41,096 nucleotides of DNA from positions 13,915-55,010 of the forward strand of contig JAYODI010000032.1 in the NCBI GenBank assembly GCA_038279365.1, in the 5' to 3' direction. A model generated the notes under the pieces. It was not told the origin of the DNA. It worked only from the letters and a program-made list of their open reading frames with translations, and ran no database searches. Position numbers and translations under genes: made by a program. Origin of the DNA: Candidatus Latescibacterota bacterium. GTDB lineage: Bacteria > Latescibacterota > UBA2968. Positions 25,717-35,625 of this stretch are shown here, piece by piece. Position 1 is the first letter of the stretch, and each line of letters opens with the position of its first letter.

Positions 25717-26790
25717 ATGGAAATGGGTGCGTTGAACAATTTGGCACAGTTGGGAAATGGCGTGAAAACTCGGCGTTTTTCGTCTTATGATGTGAAGGGT
25801 GGCAATGGCGATAATTGGCCCATTAAGGCAGGGGAAACACGGGTGTTGGGTGAGGTGGGGGGCGCGGGTTGTGTGAAACATATTTGGGTGACCACTTCGG
25901 AAAACAACAACAATTTGCGTCGGTTGGTTTTTAAGTTTTATTGGGATGGCGAAGACACGCCTTCTGTGTTGTGCCCTGTGGGTGATTTTTTTGGTTTGGG
26001 ACATGCCAAGGCCAATTACTTTTCTTCTTTGCCCTTACAAGCGTCTTATTTGGGTTTAAACGCTTGGTTTCCTATGCCATTTGCAAAGGGTGCGCGGTTT
26101 GAAGTGACCAATGATTCTGATGAAGACAGCTTTTTGTATTTTTATATTGATTATGAAGCGTATGAAAAACCACCTGAAAATGTGGGGCGTTTTCATGCCA
26201 ATTGGCGGCGAGAGTTGGTGACCAAGGCCGATGCACCTGTTGGGGCTAATGCGTATGGTCGCGATCAACGTTTGAATGTAACGGGTGATGATAATTATGT
26301 GATGTTGGATGTGAAGGGCAAAGGGCATTATGTGGGCTGTTGTTTGCATTTGGATACCAATGAGACGGGGTGGTGGGGCGAGGGCGATGATATGTTTTTT
26401 ATTGATGGTGAAACATGGCCACCCAATATGCACGGTACGGGCACAGAAGATTATTTTTGTGGGGCGTGGAATTACAATCATTTGGACCATCCTTATTCAA
26501 CACCTTATTACGGATATCATTTTAAAGGCAATGCCGATTATACGGGCAAACATTCTCAATACCGATTCCACATTGAAGACCCTGTGTATTTTGAAAAATC
26601 GTTGTTGTTTTCCATTGAGCATGGTCATGCCAATGATCGGCAAGGCGATTGGACAAGCACGGCTTATTGGTATCAAATTGGGCGAAAGGATGCGCTACCC
26701 GATGTGGGCACATTTGAAGATCGCGTGCCTTATTCGCATGGTGGCTTGGAGCGTTGGCCAGGTAAAGATCGCCGAAACTTGCCCGTTTGA
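25717..26790 (+). CDS. DUF2961 / GH172-family glycoside hydrolase
   Basis: SSYD..GGNGD, YWDGEDTPSV, PMPF, WWGEGDDMFFIDGE, HGTGTEDYF, YRFHIEDPV, IEHGHAN. Confidence 0.9.
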   Translation: MEMGALNNLAQLGNGVKTRRFSSYDVKGGNGDNWPIKAGETRVLGEVGGAGCVKHIWVTTSENNNNLRRLVFKFYWDGEDTPSVLCPVGDFFGLGHAKANYFSSLPLQASYLGLNAWFPMPFAKGARFEVTNDSDEDSFLYFYIDYEAYEKPPENVGRFHANWRRELVTKADAPVGANAYGRDQRLNVTGDDNYVMLDVKGKGHYVGCCLHLDTNETGWWGEGDDMFFIDGETWPPNMHGTGTEDYFCGAWNYNHLDHPYSTPYYGYHFKGNADYTGKHSQYRFHIEDPVYFEKSLLFSIEHGHANDRQGDWTSTAYWYQIGRKDALPDVGTFEDRVPYSHGGLERWPGKDRRNLPV

Positions 26791-26865
26791 TGTGTGGGTG
26801 AATGGGTTCGCCATAAGTCAATGCGTGTTGAAAAATGATAGCCAAACAATTGTTTTGGAGGTTGT

Positions 26866-28038
26866 ATGAGTAATTTTTTTCCACCACCAGATTCTGAGGG
26901 CGGGTGGCAAAGCTGTGCACCATCTGAAGTGGGTATGGATGTGCAAAAATTGGATGAAACATTTGAGTTCATTCAGGGCAGTACCAAAAATGGCGGCTTG
27001 GCAATTGTGAAGAATGGCTATTTGGTTTACGAACGTTATTTTGGCAAGGGGCATCGCGATTGGGCACCCAACTCGGGTTCGTGTGGCAAATCTTTTACGA
27101 GCATTGCGATGGGCATTTTGATGGGTGAATATCCCGAACGCTTTCCAGATGGATTGGATCAAAAGGTGTTTACACCAGACTTTTTACCAGAGAAGGCGTT
27201 TCCTTTGCCTGATCCACGCATGGCCCATATCAGATTGGGCGAGTTGCTTTCGATGACGGCGGGCATACGCGGAAATAATCCCGGCATTGTAGATGGTGAA
27301 GAGGTGATTTTAGATCCTGTGGGCCCCGATGGATGGCAAGGGATGGCAGATCATTATGCGCTGGGCATTGCGGATGGAGATATGAATGGGGTGCCGTTTA
27401 CGACCCGCACCTTGTGGTGTGAGCCTGGTGGGGGATATTCGTATGCGACGGCGTCGATTCATATTGTGTCGATTATTGTGCGCCATATAACGGGCATGGA
27501 ATTGCAAGATTATCTTGCCGAAAAAGTGGCGAAACCACTTGGGTGGGGGCGATGGAATTTTGCTTATCGCAATGCCAAGGAAGTGGATCACACACCGGGT
27601 GGTGGCGGTATTGCGCTTCGTGCAACCGATATGTTGCGGTTTTTATATATGCTGTTACATGGGGGGCGATGGGGTGATCTGCAAATTGTGCCAGAAGAAT
27701 ATGTGGTGCAGTGTGCCAACCCCAACCATTATAACCCTCATTTTTCGTATAGCTTTCAGTTTAATACCAATGGTCGTCACGACCATCCTGAATTGCCAGA
27801 AGATGCATACTGGAAGGCGGGTTCGGGTGGGCATGCGTTGTATGTGGTGCCCTCATTGGATTTGGTGGTGTGGAAATTGGGTGGGCGCGATGATCAGTAT
27901 GGTGCGCACAATACGGGGATGACGGTGTTGCCAGAGGCCGCCGCCGCAGAAACACCCCGTGATAATTGGAAAAAGGTTGTGGACGATGGCCCCGCTTTGG
28001 TAAAGACTTTGGAAATGGTGGTTGGGGCGATTCAATAA
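26866..28038 (+). CDS. Serine hydrolase, beta-lactamase class C-like (esterase/amidase)
   Basis: SxxK (SCGK), LLSMTAG, EPGGGYSY, GSGGHALYVVPSLDLVV. GGAGG RBS. Confidence 0.85.
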   Translation: MSNFFPPPDSEGGWQSCAPSEVGMDVQKLDETFEFIQGSTKNGGLAIVKNGYLVYERYFGKGHRDWAPNSGSCGKSFTSIAMGILMGEYPERFPDGLDQKVFTPDFLPEKAFPLPDPRMAHIRLGELLSMTAGIRGNNPGIVDGEEVILDPVGPDGWQGMADHYALGIADGDMNGVPFTTRTLWCEPGGGYSYATASIHIVSIIVRHITGMELQDYLAEKVAKPLGWGRWNFAYRNAKEVDHTPGGGGIALRATDMLRFLYMLLHGGRWGDLQIVPEEYVVQCANPNHYNPHFSYSFQFNTNGRHDHPELPEDAYWKAGSGGHALYVVPSLDLVVWKLGGRDDQYGAHNTGMTVLPEAAAAETPRDNWKKVVDDGPALVKTLEMVVGAIQ

Positions 28039-28049
28039 AAGGAGTGGGG

Positions 28050-29387
28050 ATGCAAAAACCCAGATTGATGGTGTTAACGGATATTGGTGGTGACCCTGAT
28101 GATGAGCAATCGTTGGTGCGGTTGTTGACTTATGCCAATGAGGTGGACATTGTGGGCATTGTGCCTGAGTTGTGGGCTGGGCACAAAGGGCGTCATGGTG
28201 TTTTAACACCTGCGTCACAGATGAATGTGGTGTATGAGGCGATTGATTTGTATGGTCAGGTGAAAGACAATTTGAGCCTTCACGCAGAAGTTTATCCTGA
28301 AGCAGACGCGTTGAAGTCTGTGGTGAAGCGCGGTATGGTGAATGTTCGATTTACGTTGGATGAAACGGAATCCGAACCTGTTTGGCAGTGGATTGGTGCG
28401 GGCAAAGATACCGAAGGGTCGGAATGGATCATTGAGGTGGTTGATCAAGACGATGAACGCCCAGTAGATGTGAATGTGTGGGGTGGTACGGCTGATTTGG
28501 CACAGGCGCTTTGGAAGGTTCGTGAAACACGCAGTGCTCAGGAGGTGTCGGAGTTTGTGTCGCGCATTCGGGTGCATGCCATTGGCGATCAAGATGATAC
28601 GGGCCCGTGGATTCGGGCGGAATTTCCTGATCTGTTTTACATATTTAATATGGCTCCTGATGGCAACAAATGGCGTGCGTGTTTTCGGGGTATGTTTTTA
28701 GGAGGAGATGAATCGCTCACATCGTTGGCGTGGTTGGATGAACATGTTAGGGAAAGACATGGTCCTTTGGGTGCTTTTTATCCGCCAAAGACACATACAA
28801 ACTCTAACCCGCACAAAGCACTTAAAGAGGGGGATACACCCAGTTGGTTTTATTTTTTGAATAATGGATTGAATGTGCCTGCTGAACCTGCTTGGGGGGG
28901 ATGGGGTGGGCGATTTGCGCGAAAAGATACGTTTTGGCAAGATGCCGAAGACACGGTGGGTGATGAAACAAGTGGCATTGCAACCACGTGGCGTTGGCGG
29001 CCGGCTTATCAAAATGCGTTTCAAGCGCGTATGGATTGGTGTGTCAAATCTTTTGACGAGGCGAATCACGAACCTGTTGTTGTGGTGAATGATGATGGTG
29101 GCAAACATTTTTTGCGCATGACGGCTCAGGCGGGCGAAACGGTTCATTTGAGTGCCAAGGGTTCGTCTGATCCTGATGGGGATGCGTTGTCTTACCATTG
29201 GTATGTTTATCGGGAAGCAGGGCTTTATCAGGGTGATGTTGTGATTGTTGGGGCCGATGAACAAGATGCTTCATTGGTGATGCCTGAGGCCAAACCGGGT
29301 GAGACCGTTCATGTGATTTTAGAGGTAACGGATGATGGCGAACCGCCATTGACATCTTATCGGCGCATTGTGATTGTTGCATCTTAA
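28050..29387 (+). CDS. DUF1593 / nucleoside-hydrolase-like (Sde182-type) protein with C-terminal Ig/REJ-like domain
   Basis: VLTDIGGDPDDEQSLVRLLTYANE, WGGTADLAQAL, DQDDTG, EGDTPS, GGWGGRF, ARMDW, SSDPDGD. Start reassigned to ATG 28050 after AAGGAG. Confidence 0.88.
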   Translation: MQKPRLMVLTDIGGDPDDEQSLVRLLTYANEVDIVGIVPELWAGHKGRHGVLTPASQMNVVYEAIDLYGQVKDNLSLHAEVYPEADALKSVVKRGMVNVRFTLDETESEPVWQWIGAGKDTEGSEWIIEVVDQDDERPVDVNVWGGTADLAQALWKVRETRSAQEVSEFVSRIRVHAIGDQDDTGPWIRAEFPDLFYIFNMAPDGNKWRACFRGMFLGGDESLTSLAWLDEHVRERHGPLGAFYPPKTHTNSNPHKALKEGDTPSWFYFLNNGLNVPAEPAWGGWGGRFARKDTFWQDAEDTVGDETSGIATTWRWRPAYQNAFQARMDWCVKSFDEANHEPVVVVNDDGGKHFLRMTAQAGETVHLSAKGSSDPDGDALSYHWYVYREAGLYQGDVVIVGADEQDASLVMPEAKPGETVHVILEVTDDGEPPLTSYRRIVIVAS

Positions 29388-29389
29388 GT

Positions 29390-29418
29390 TTGAGTCATTC
29401 GCTAAGATTTGGTATATT
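29390..29418 (+). promoter_or_regulatory. Putative sigma70 promoter for melA
   Basis: TTGAGT, 17-nt spacer, TATATT with extended TG. Confidence 0.5.
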
Positions 29419-29465
29419 GGAACCCAAGTTAAAAATTAATAACGTTTCAGAGGAGACATGAGATC

Positions 29466-30839
29466 ATGGCAAAAATTACGTTTATGGGTGCAGGTAGTTC
29501 GGTGTTTGCAAAGAATATCTTGGGCGACAGTATGTTGAGCCCAGCTTTGCATGATGCGCATATTGCCTTGTATGATGTGGACAAAAAGCGTTTGACCGAA
29601 TCGAAGCGCATGTTGCAAACGTTGAACAAAAATATCAACAAGGGACGTGCAAAGATTACGGCGCATTTGGGCAAGCCACAGCGTAAAGCGGCTTTGAAAG
29701 ATGCCAACTATGTAGTCAATGCCATTCAGGTGGGGGGCTATGAGCCTTCAACGGTGATTGATTTTGAAATTCCAAAGAAGTATGGCTTGCGTCAGACCAT
29801 TGCCGATACGTTGGGCATTGGGGGTATTTTTAGAACCTTGCGTACGGCACCTGTGGTGGTGGCCTTTGCCAAAGAGATGGAGCAGGTGTGCCCCGATGCA
29901 CAGTTTTTGAATTACACCAACCCCATGTGTACGGTAACTGGGGCCATTCAACATGGTTCCAATATTAAAGTGGTTGGCTTGTGTCACTCGGTGCAAGCGT
30001 GTGCGCGTGGGTTGTTGCGCAGAGTGGGGATGTTGGATGATGTGAAAGATTTGCAGTGGAAGATTGCTGGCATTAACCATCAGGCTTGGCTGTTGGAAAT
30101 TACGGATGGTGGCAAAGATTTGTACCCTGAGATCAAACGCCGTGGTGCCAAGATGAACCGCGAAGCCCGCAAGAAAGGTGCTGAAAAACACTCCGACATG
30201 ATCCGTTTTGAAATGATGCGGCACTTTGGGCATTATATTACTGAGTCATCGGAGCACAGTGCCGAATATATGCCGTATTGGATTAAGAGCCAATTTCCTG
30301 AGTTGATTGAAGAGTTCAATATCCCTTTGGATGAATATCCTCGCCGGTGTATCCGCCAGATTGAGCGCTGGAAAACGCAGAGCAAAGAGTTGGTGGGCAA
30401 CAGCAAACTCACCCATACACGTACTCACGAATATGGCTCGTATATTATGGAAGCTATGGAAACAGATGTGCCATTTCGCATTGGTGGCAATGTGTTGAAT
30501 AATGGGTTGATTACCAATTTGCCTCAAAACGCCATTGTGGAAGTGGCGTGTTTGGTCGATAAAAATGGTGTGCAAGGCACTTATGTGGGCGATTTGCCCG
30601 AGCAGTTGGCGGCATTGAATCGCACCAATATCAATGTGCATTTGACCTCGCTTCAAGCGGCATTAAACCGGGATCGCGATTCGGTGTATCATGCGGCCTA
30701 TTTGGACCCTCATACATCGGCAGAGTTGCCCTTAGATACCATTCGCAAAATGTGTGATGAGTTGATTAAAGCACACGAAATGGAAGGCTATTTTAAGACG
30801 GGCAAGAATTTCTCGATTCCCAAGATGTGGCATGTATAA
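29466..30839 (+). CDS. melA: GH4 alpha-galactosidase (MelA-type)
   Basis: KITFMGAGSSVFAKN, DFEIPKKYGLRQTIADTLGIGGIFR, LNYTNPM, GLCHSVQ, AGINH, TESSEH.AEY.PY. Confidence 0.9.
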   Translation: MAKITFMGAGSSVFAKNILGDSMLSPALHDAHIALYDVDKKRLTESKRMLQTLNKNINKGRAKITAHLGKPQRKAALKDANYVVNAIQVGGYEPSTVIDFEIPKKYGLRQTIADTLGIGGIFRTLRTAPVVVAFAKEMEQVCPDAQFLNYTNPMCTVTGAIQHGSNIKVVGLCHSVQACARGLLRRVGMLDDVKDLQWKIAGINHQAWLLEITDGGKDLYPEIKRRGAKMNREARKKGAEKHSDMIRFEMMRHFGHYITESSEHSAEYMPYWIKSQFPELIEEFNIPLDEYPRRCIRQIERWKTQSKELVGNSKLTHTRTHEYGSYIMEAMETDVPFRIGGNVLNNGLITNLPQNAIVEVACLVDKNGVQGTYVGDLPEQLAALNRTNINVHLTSLQAALNRDRDSVYHAAYLDPHTSAELPLDTIRKMCDELIKAHEMEGYFKTGKNFSIPKMWHV

Positions 30840-30893
30840 CGAAATGAATGATCCGTAGAGGCACGGTCTTTGTGCTCTCTGCGTGGATGGTTG

Positions 30894-30933
30894 AAATCCC
30901 CGTTGGTTTGTGACCAACGGGGATTTGATTTTT
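30894..30933 (+). terminator. Rho-independent terminator
   Basis: 14-bp perfect stem AAATCCCCGTTGGT-TTGTG-ACCAACGGGGATTT followed by GATTTTT. Confidence 0.78.
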
Positions 30934-30935
30934 GT

Positions 30936-30964
30936 TTGACTTCTATTCAAATGGCATCTATGTT
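30936..30964 (+). promoter_or_regulatory. Putative sigma70 promoter
   Basis: TTGACT, 17-nt spacer, TATGTT immediately after the terminator. Confidence 0.5.
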
Positions 30965-31010
30965 CTGCGAGATATTTTTTGACACGTTCTTGTAAATTTG
31001 GGAGGCATAT

Positions 31011-31976
31011 GTGAAAGCAGCGCATGTTGTGGCACCACGCCAGATTGAGATGTTTGATGTTGAAGAACCCAATATTAAAGATTTTCCAAAAGGCTCTGTG
31101 AAAGTAAAAACCCATATGACAGCATTGTGTGGGTCAGATTCGCCGTGGTTTGTGTTGACATATCCACCCGAAAGGTATCCGCTGAATATTGGTATTTCGA
31201 TTCATGAGTGCATTGGTACGGTGGTGGAGAGTACGTCTGATCGGTTGAAGGTGGGCGATTTTGTTCAGTCGCGCCCCACGGCGGGCATTGGTGGTTTGGC
31301 AGAGTATTATATTTCGAATGATTCGGTGGGTGTGCATTTGGTCGATTTTGAGCACCAAGATCAAATGCTGATGTCTCAGCCTTTGGGTACGGTGATTTGG
31401 GCATGTAAAAAGTTGGGCAATATTTTGGATCAAGATACGGTGGTGCTTGGGCAAGGTCCAATGGGATTGTTGATGACCCATGTGTTGAGTAATATGGGTG
31501 CGCGTTCGGTTATTGCGGTGGATCCGGTTGATTTTCGTTTGCAAGCGGCGGACAAGATGCGGGCCACACATTTGGTCAATTCTTCAAAAGAAGATGTGGT
31601 TGATGCGGTGGCCAAAATTACGGGTGGGAAGATGGCCGACTTGGTGGTAGAGATTGTGGGGCATAACCAAGATACGGTGAATTTGTGTTTGAAATTGACC
31701 AAGCGCATGGGCACTGTGTTGGCATTTGGTGTGCCCGATGATGATGTGTATGCCTTTAACTATGGTGAATTCTTTCGCAAAAATATTACCCTGATTGGTT
31801 CGGTGAGCCCCGATTCGTTGCGCGACTATCCTTTGGCGATGGATATGATTGCTCAGCGACGGATTGATGTGTCGCCTATTATAACACATCATTTGCCATT
31901 TGAAGATGCACAAAAGGCGTTCGAATTGTTTATTGATCACCGCGATGAAGCGATTAAGGTGGTGTTGGATTATTGA
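31011..31976 (+). CDS. Zinc-binding medium-chain dehydrogenase (sugar/polyol dehydrogenase-like)
   Basis: LCGSD, IHECIGTV, VLGQGPMGL, IITHHLPF, IKVVL. GTG start after GGAGG. Confidence 0.9.
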   Translation: MKAAHVVAPRQIEMFDVEEPNIKDFPKGSVKVKTHMTALCGSDSPWFVLTYPPERYPLNIGISIHECIGTVVESTSDRLKVGDFVQSRPTAGIGGLAEYYISNDSVGVHLVDFEHQDQMLMSQPLGTVIWACKKLGNILDQDTVVLGQGPMGLLMTHVLSNMGARSVIAVDPVDFRLQAADKMRATHLVNSSKEDVVDAVAKITGGKMADLVVEIVGHNQDTVNLCLKLTKRMGTVLAFGVPDDDVYAFNYGEFFRKNITLIGSVSPDSLRDYPLAMDMIAQRRIDVSPIITHHLPFEDAQKAFELFIDHRDEAIKVVLDY

Positions 31977-32015
31977 TAGCGATCCGCATTCCGCTGTCAG
32001 CAGTTCGCTACAATC

Positions 32016-32053
32016 AAGATCCCTGCTCGGTTTGACTGAGTGGGGATTTTTTT
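32016..32053 (+). terminator. Rho-independent terminator
   Basis: AAGATCCCTGCTCGG-TTTGA-CTGAGTGGGGATTTT followed by a T-run. Confidence 0.65.
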
Positions 32054-32057
32054 GCGT

Positions 32058-32086
32058 TTGACAGATGGAGAGAAGCCCTCTATTAT
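32058..32086 (+). promoter_or_regulatory. Near-consensus sigma70 promoter
   Basis: TTGACA (32058-32063), 17-nt spacer, TATTAT (32081-32086). Confidence 0.7.
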
Positions 32087-32097
32087 GCGTAGGAAGG

Positions 32098-32139
32098 GCA
32101 AACGGCAAATGTGAAACGGCAAACGGAAAATGGCAATTT
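32098..32139 (+). repeat. Degenerate heptamer tandem repeat (6 copies)
   Basis: GCAAACG GCAAATG TGAAACG GCAAACG GAAAATG GCAATTT. Confidence 0.6.
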
Positions 32140-32153
32140 GAAGGAGTTTTATA

Positions 32154-33119
32154 GTGCAGACAAAAGTTTTGGGGCGAACGGGGCTTGAAGTGCCTGTGGT
32201 GAGTTTGGGCACTGTTTTTATTGGTGATGTGAGTCCAGCGGGTGAGGTGTGGAAAGTGGTGGATGAAGATTTGGGGGCTGAGACGGTGGTTGCGGCCATT
32301 GAGGCGGGGTGTACATTGGTCGATACGGCACCGCTTTATGAAAACACGCAGAGTGAAAAAATTATTGGTCGGGTGTTGCGAGAACGACCCGATTTGGCGG
32401 CAAAGTGTACGGTGACCACCAAGGTTGGCTATGATATGGACAATGGTGGGCACAATTTTACGTATGACGGTGTTCGCCGATGTGTGGATGGCAGTTTGGC
32501 GCGCTTGGGGTTGGATGGTTTTGATGTGTTGTATATTCACGACCCCATGGGGTACCCGATGGCCGATGTGATGGCCAGTGATGGGGCGCTGGGTGCGTTG
32601 CGTGCATTACAAAAAGAAGGTGTATTGAAATATGTGGGCATTGCAGCCAACGACCCAGAGGCCAATGGGCCTTATATTGAAACGGGTGAATTTGATGCGG
32701 CGGTGGTGCCCGATGCGTGGAGTTTGCTCAATCGCAAAGCCGAGTCGTTGGTTTTTCCGGCTATTGAGAAGCACAATGTGGGGGTGGCATTGGCAACACC
32801 TTTGGAGCGTGGTTTGTTGGCCACAGGGCCCATACCTGGGCGAAAATATTTGAACCGTCAATTTGGTGAGGCCACCTTAGACCGCGTGGCAAAGATAAAA
32901 GCATTATGTGGTGATTATGGTGTGCCCTTGGTGGCGGTTTCTTTGCAGTGGTGTACGCGACATCCGTTGGTGGCCACGACCATTCCGGGTGGGCGAAACA
33001 AACAAGAGGTGGTTGAAAATGCCCAAGCAGGTGGCATTGAGATTCCCGATGCTTTGTGGCAAGATTTGGAACCCTTGATTCAAGATTGGGAAGATTCACA
33101 TATTGTGAAGGTAGGTTAA
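32154..33119 (+). CDS. Aldo/keto reductase
   Basis: LGRTGLEVPVVSLGT, VDTAPLY, SEKIIG, TTKVG, SLARLG, LYIHDP, TTIPG. Confidence 0.92.
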   Translation: MQTKVLGRTGLEVPVVSLGTVFIGDVSPAGEVWKVVDEDLGAETVVAAIEAGCTLVDTAPLYENTQSEKIIGRVLRERPDLAAKCTVTTKVGYDMDNGGHNFTYDGVRRCVDGSLARLGLDGFDVLYIHDPMGYPMADVMASDGALGALRALQKEGVLKYVGIAANDPEANGPYIETGEFDAAVVPDAWSLLNRKAESLVFPAIEKHNVGVALATPLERGLLATGPIPGRKYLNRQFGEATLDRVAKIKALCGDYGVPLVAVSLQWCTRHPLVATTIPGGRNKQEVVENAQAGGIEIPDALWQDLEPLIQDWEDSHIVKVG

Positions 33120-33122
33120 AAG

Positions 33123-33839
33123 ATGCGTCCGATATGTATTATCAAGGTGGGGTCTGCGTCACCTGTTTTGGGGCCCAATAAGCCCGATTTTGAACATTGG
33201 ATTGTCCGTGGGATGGGTGTGGCCTTGGATCTGGTGCGGGTGTGTTCTCCGCATTTGGGTGACACATTTCCCAAGCTTGAAGACATTGCGGGTGTTATTG
33301 TGACGGGTTCGGCGGCGATGGTGACCGATAAGGCCGATTGGAGTGAACAAACGGCGGCGTGGATGGCAGATGTGGTGGCCGCTCAGGTGCCTCTTTTGGG
33401 CATTTGTTATGGGCACCAACTGTTGGCTCATGCTTTGGGCGGCGTTGTGGATTATAACCCTAAGGGACGTGAAATTGGCACGGTGGCGATTGATGTGCAT
33501 GAGGCGGGTCAAGCAGATGACTTGTTGGGCAGTTTGCCGACGCACTTTTGGGCGCAAGCGTCACATTCTCAATCGGTGATTCAATTACCCAAAGAAGCGC
33601 GGTTGTTGGCATCCAATGATCTTGAGCCGCACCATGCTTTTGTGGTGGGGGATTGTGCGTGGGGTGTGCAATTTCACCCCGAGTTTGATGCTCATTTTAT
33701 TCGTGCACTTATTGATCATCGAGAAAAAGATTTAAAAGCAGAAGGCTTGGATGTGGATGCGTTGCGTTTGGGCATTCGTGAAACGCCTGAAGCGTATGGG
33801 GTGTTGAAGCGATTTGCGGAGTTGGTAGCGCAATTTTAA
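33123..33839 (+). CDS. Class I glutamine amidotransferase (GMP-synthase-like, stand-alone)
   Basis: VIVTGS, LLGICYGHQLLA (nucleophile Cys), GVQFHPEF. Confidence 0.9.
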   Translation: MRPICIIKVGSASPVLGPNKPDFEHWIVRGMGVALDLVRVCSPHLGDTFPKLEDIAGVIVTGSAAMVTDKADWSEQTAAWMADVVAAQVPLLGICYGHQLLAHALGGVVDYNPKGREIGTVAIDVHEAGQADDLLGSLPTHFWAQASHSQSVIQLPKEARLLASNDLEPHHAFVVGDCAWGVQFHPEFDAHFIRALIDHREKDLKAEGLDVDALRLGIRETPEAYGVLKRFAELVAQF

Positions 33840-33874
33840 GGTGGAGATATCCATCCATTTAAAGGAGTGGTGGC

Positions 33875-34600
33875 ATGACCGATCAAGAGATGATGAAAGC
33901 GTTGGAAAAATTTGATACGCCGTCGATTACAAATGTGGTGGCCACGTATCCCAATAGTGATTTGTGCTTGGGCTTGTATAATCCGTGGACTGAAAACTGG
34001 TATACAGATGAGCGTATTAAGTGTATGTATCCTGAGCTTGGTCCTCGTTGTGGATATGCGGTGACCTGTGTGTATGGTTTGCCCGATCCTTATTTTAATC
34101 GGTTGACGTTTATGGATGTGGCCGAAGCCTTAGATGCATCTCCTAAACCGACCATTTTGGCGCTGGAACAAAAGTTCCCACCGGAAATTGCGGGTAAGGT
34201 GGGGTTGGCGGGGGGGAATATGACAACAACGATGAAAATTTTGGGTTGTTTGGGGTGTGTGTCGAATGGGCCGTCGCGCGATATTGATGAGATTCGCCCC
34301 ATGGAATTTCAATATTTGCTGTCGGGCATCACACCTGGGCATGGTGAACAGGCGGTGCATGCGGTGAATGTGCCGGTGTCGATTAGTGGCATGGATGTGG
34401 CGCCGGGTGAAATTATTCATATGGATGAAAATGGTGCGGTGAAGTTTCCTGCAAACCGATTGGCGGATGTGTTGGGAAACGTGCAGAAATTGGCCGAGCG
34501 TGAAGGTGCTTTGCAATCGCGTGTTAAAAAAGCGACCAATATGGCCGAGATTCGGGCGGCATATAAGGGTGAAGCATATGGAGATGACGATAAAAAATAG
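33875..34600 (+). CDS. RraA / HMG-aldolase-like family protein
   Basis: FDTPSITN, GYAVT, AGGNM, NGPSRDIDE, VAPGEIIHMDENG. Confidence 0.85.
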   Translation: MTDQEMMKALEKFDTPSITNVVATYPNSDLCLGLYNPWTENWYTDERIKCMYPELGPRCGYAVTCVYGLPDPYFNRLTFMDVAEALDASPKPTILALEQKFPPEIAGKVGLAGGNMTTTMKILGCLGCVSNGPSRDIDEIRPMEFQYLLSGITPGHGEQAVHAVNVPVSISGMDVAPGEIIHMDENGAVKFPANRLADVLGNVQKLAEREGALQSRVKKATNMAEIRAAYKGEAYGDDDKK

Positions 34601-34631
34601 CTGGTGTTGCTGACATGAAAATGGAGATCAA

Positions 34632-35624
34632 ATGGAACCGATTAAAGCAGGCATTATTGGGTTTGGACGGGTGGCGGGCAATCATTTGAATAAGATGCGC
34701 GAGACTGGGTTGTATGATGTGGTGGGTGTGTGCGACATTACCGAATCGCGCCGAGAAGCCGCCAAAGCAGAGGGTATGCAGGCGACAGATAATTTGGATG
34801 ACTTTTTAAATTGGGATATTGAGTTGGTGTTGATTACCACACATTCGTCGGCTCACTACGCTGATGCATTGAAAGTGGCCAAAGCGAAGAAGCATATGCT
34901 CATTGAAAAGCCTTTGGCCATTCGGGGGCATGAAGCCGAAGAAATGGTGCAGGCGGCCAAAGACAATGGTGTGGTGCTCACGGCACATCACAACCGACAT
35001 TATGATGGCGATTATCGGTTGGTAAAAAAGGCGGTTCGTGAGGGGGCAATTGGGGATATTGTGTCGATTGAAAATCGCACAATGGGTGCCAGACCCGCTG
35101 TGGGATATGGTGTGGCCGATTACAATCAGGCATGGCGCATTACAGCGGCGGCAGGTGGGGGCACGTTGTTGGATTTTGGCCCGCACTGGGTGGAGCAAGT
35201 TTTGGACTTAATGGAAGGACACAAGGTGGTGTCTATATTTGCCGATGTGCGCCATACCAAGTGGGGTGATTCGGACGATTTGTTTGATATTACCATGGTG
35301 TTTGAAAATGGTGTGCGTGCGCGTGCGGCCAAATCGGATATTTCGTTTTATACCTTGCCTTATAAGTGGGTGGTGTTGGGCAGTGATGCCACGCTGGTGT
35401 GTGAAAAAGGTGGGGCAGAGTATGTGACGGTTTATGGCGAAAATTATGAAACGAAGCGAAAAGATGCGGTTGAAGCACAAAATCTGCATGCCAATATTGC
35501 CCGCCATTTGCGGGAAGGTGAGGATTTAATTATTACGGCCGATCATGCATTGCGCGTGATGCAAGTGTTAGAGGCCGCGCGACAATCGGGTGCATCGGGT
35601 AAGAGTTTGGATGTGGAGATCTAA
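34632..35624 (+). CDS. Gfo/Idh/MocA-family oxidoreductase
   Basis: GIIGFGRV, MLIEKPLA, HNRHYD, WR..AAAGGGTLLDFGPH. Confidence 0.92.
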   Translation: MEPIKAGIIGFGRVAGNHLNKMRETGLYDVVGVCDITESRREAAKAEGMQATDNLDDFLNWDIELVLITTHSSAHYADALKVAKAKKHMLIEKPLAIRGHEAEEMVQAAKDNGVVLTAHHNRHYDGDYRLVKKAVREGAIGDIVSIENRTMGARPAVGYGVADYNQAWRITAAAGGGTLLDFGPHWVEQVLDLMEGHKVVSIFADVRHTKWGDSDDLFDITMVFENGVRARAAKSDISFYTLPYKWVVLGSDATLVCEKGGAEYVTVYGENYETKRKDAVEAQNLHANIARHLREGEDLIITADHALRVMQVLEAARQSGASGKSLDVEI

Positions 35625-35625
35625 T

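Noticed and set aside
30851..30888. Degenerate GTAG-type REP-like hairpin after melA
   Set aside because: Single imperfect copy in the window, so it cannot be supported as a repeat family.
31011..31976. Dehydrogenase lacks the four-Cys structural zinc lobe
   Set aside because: This is a common variant among medium-chain dehydrogenases.
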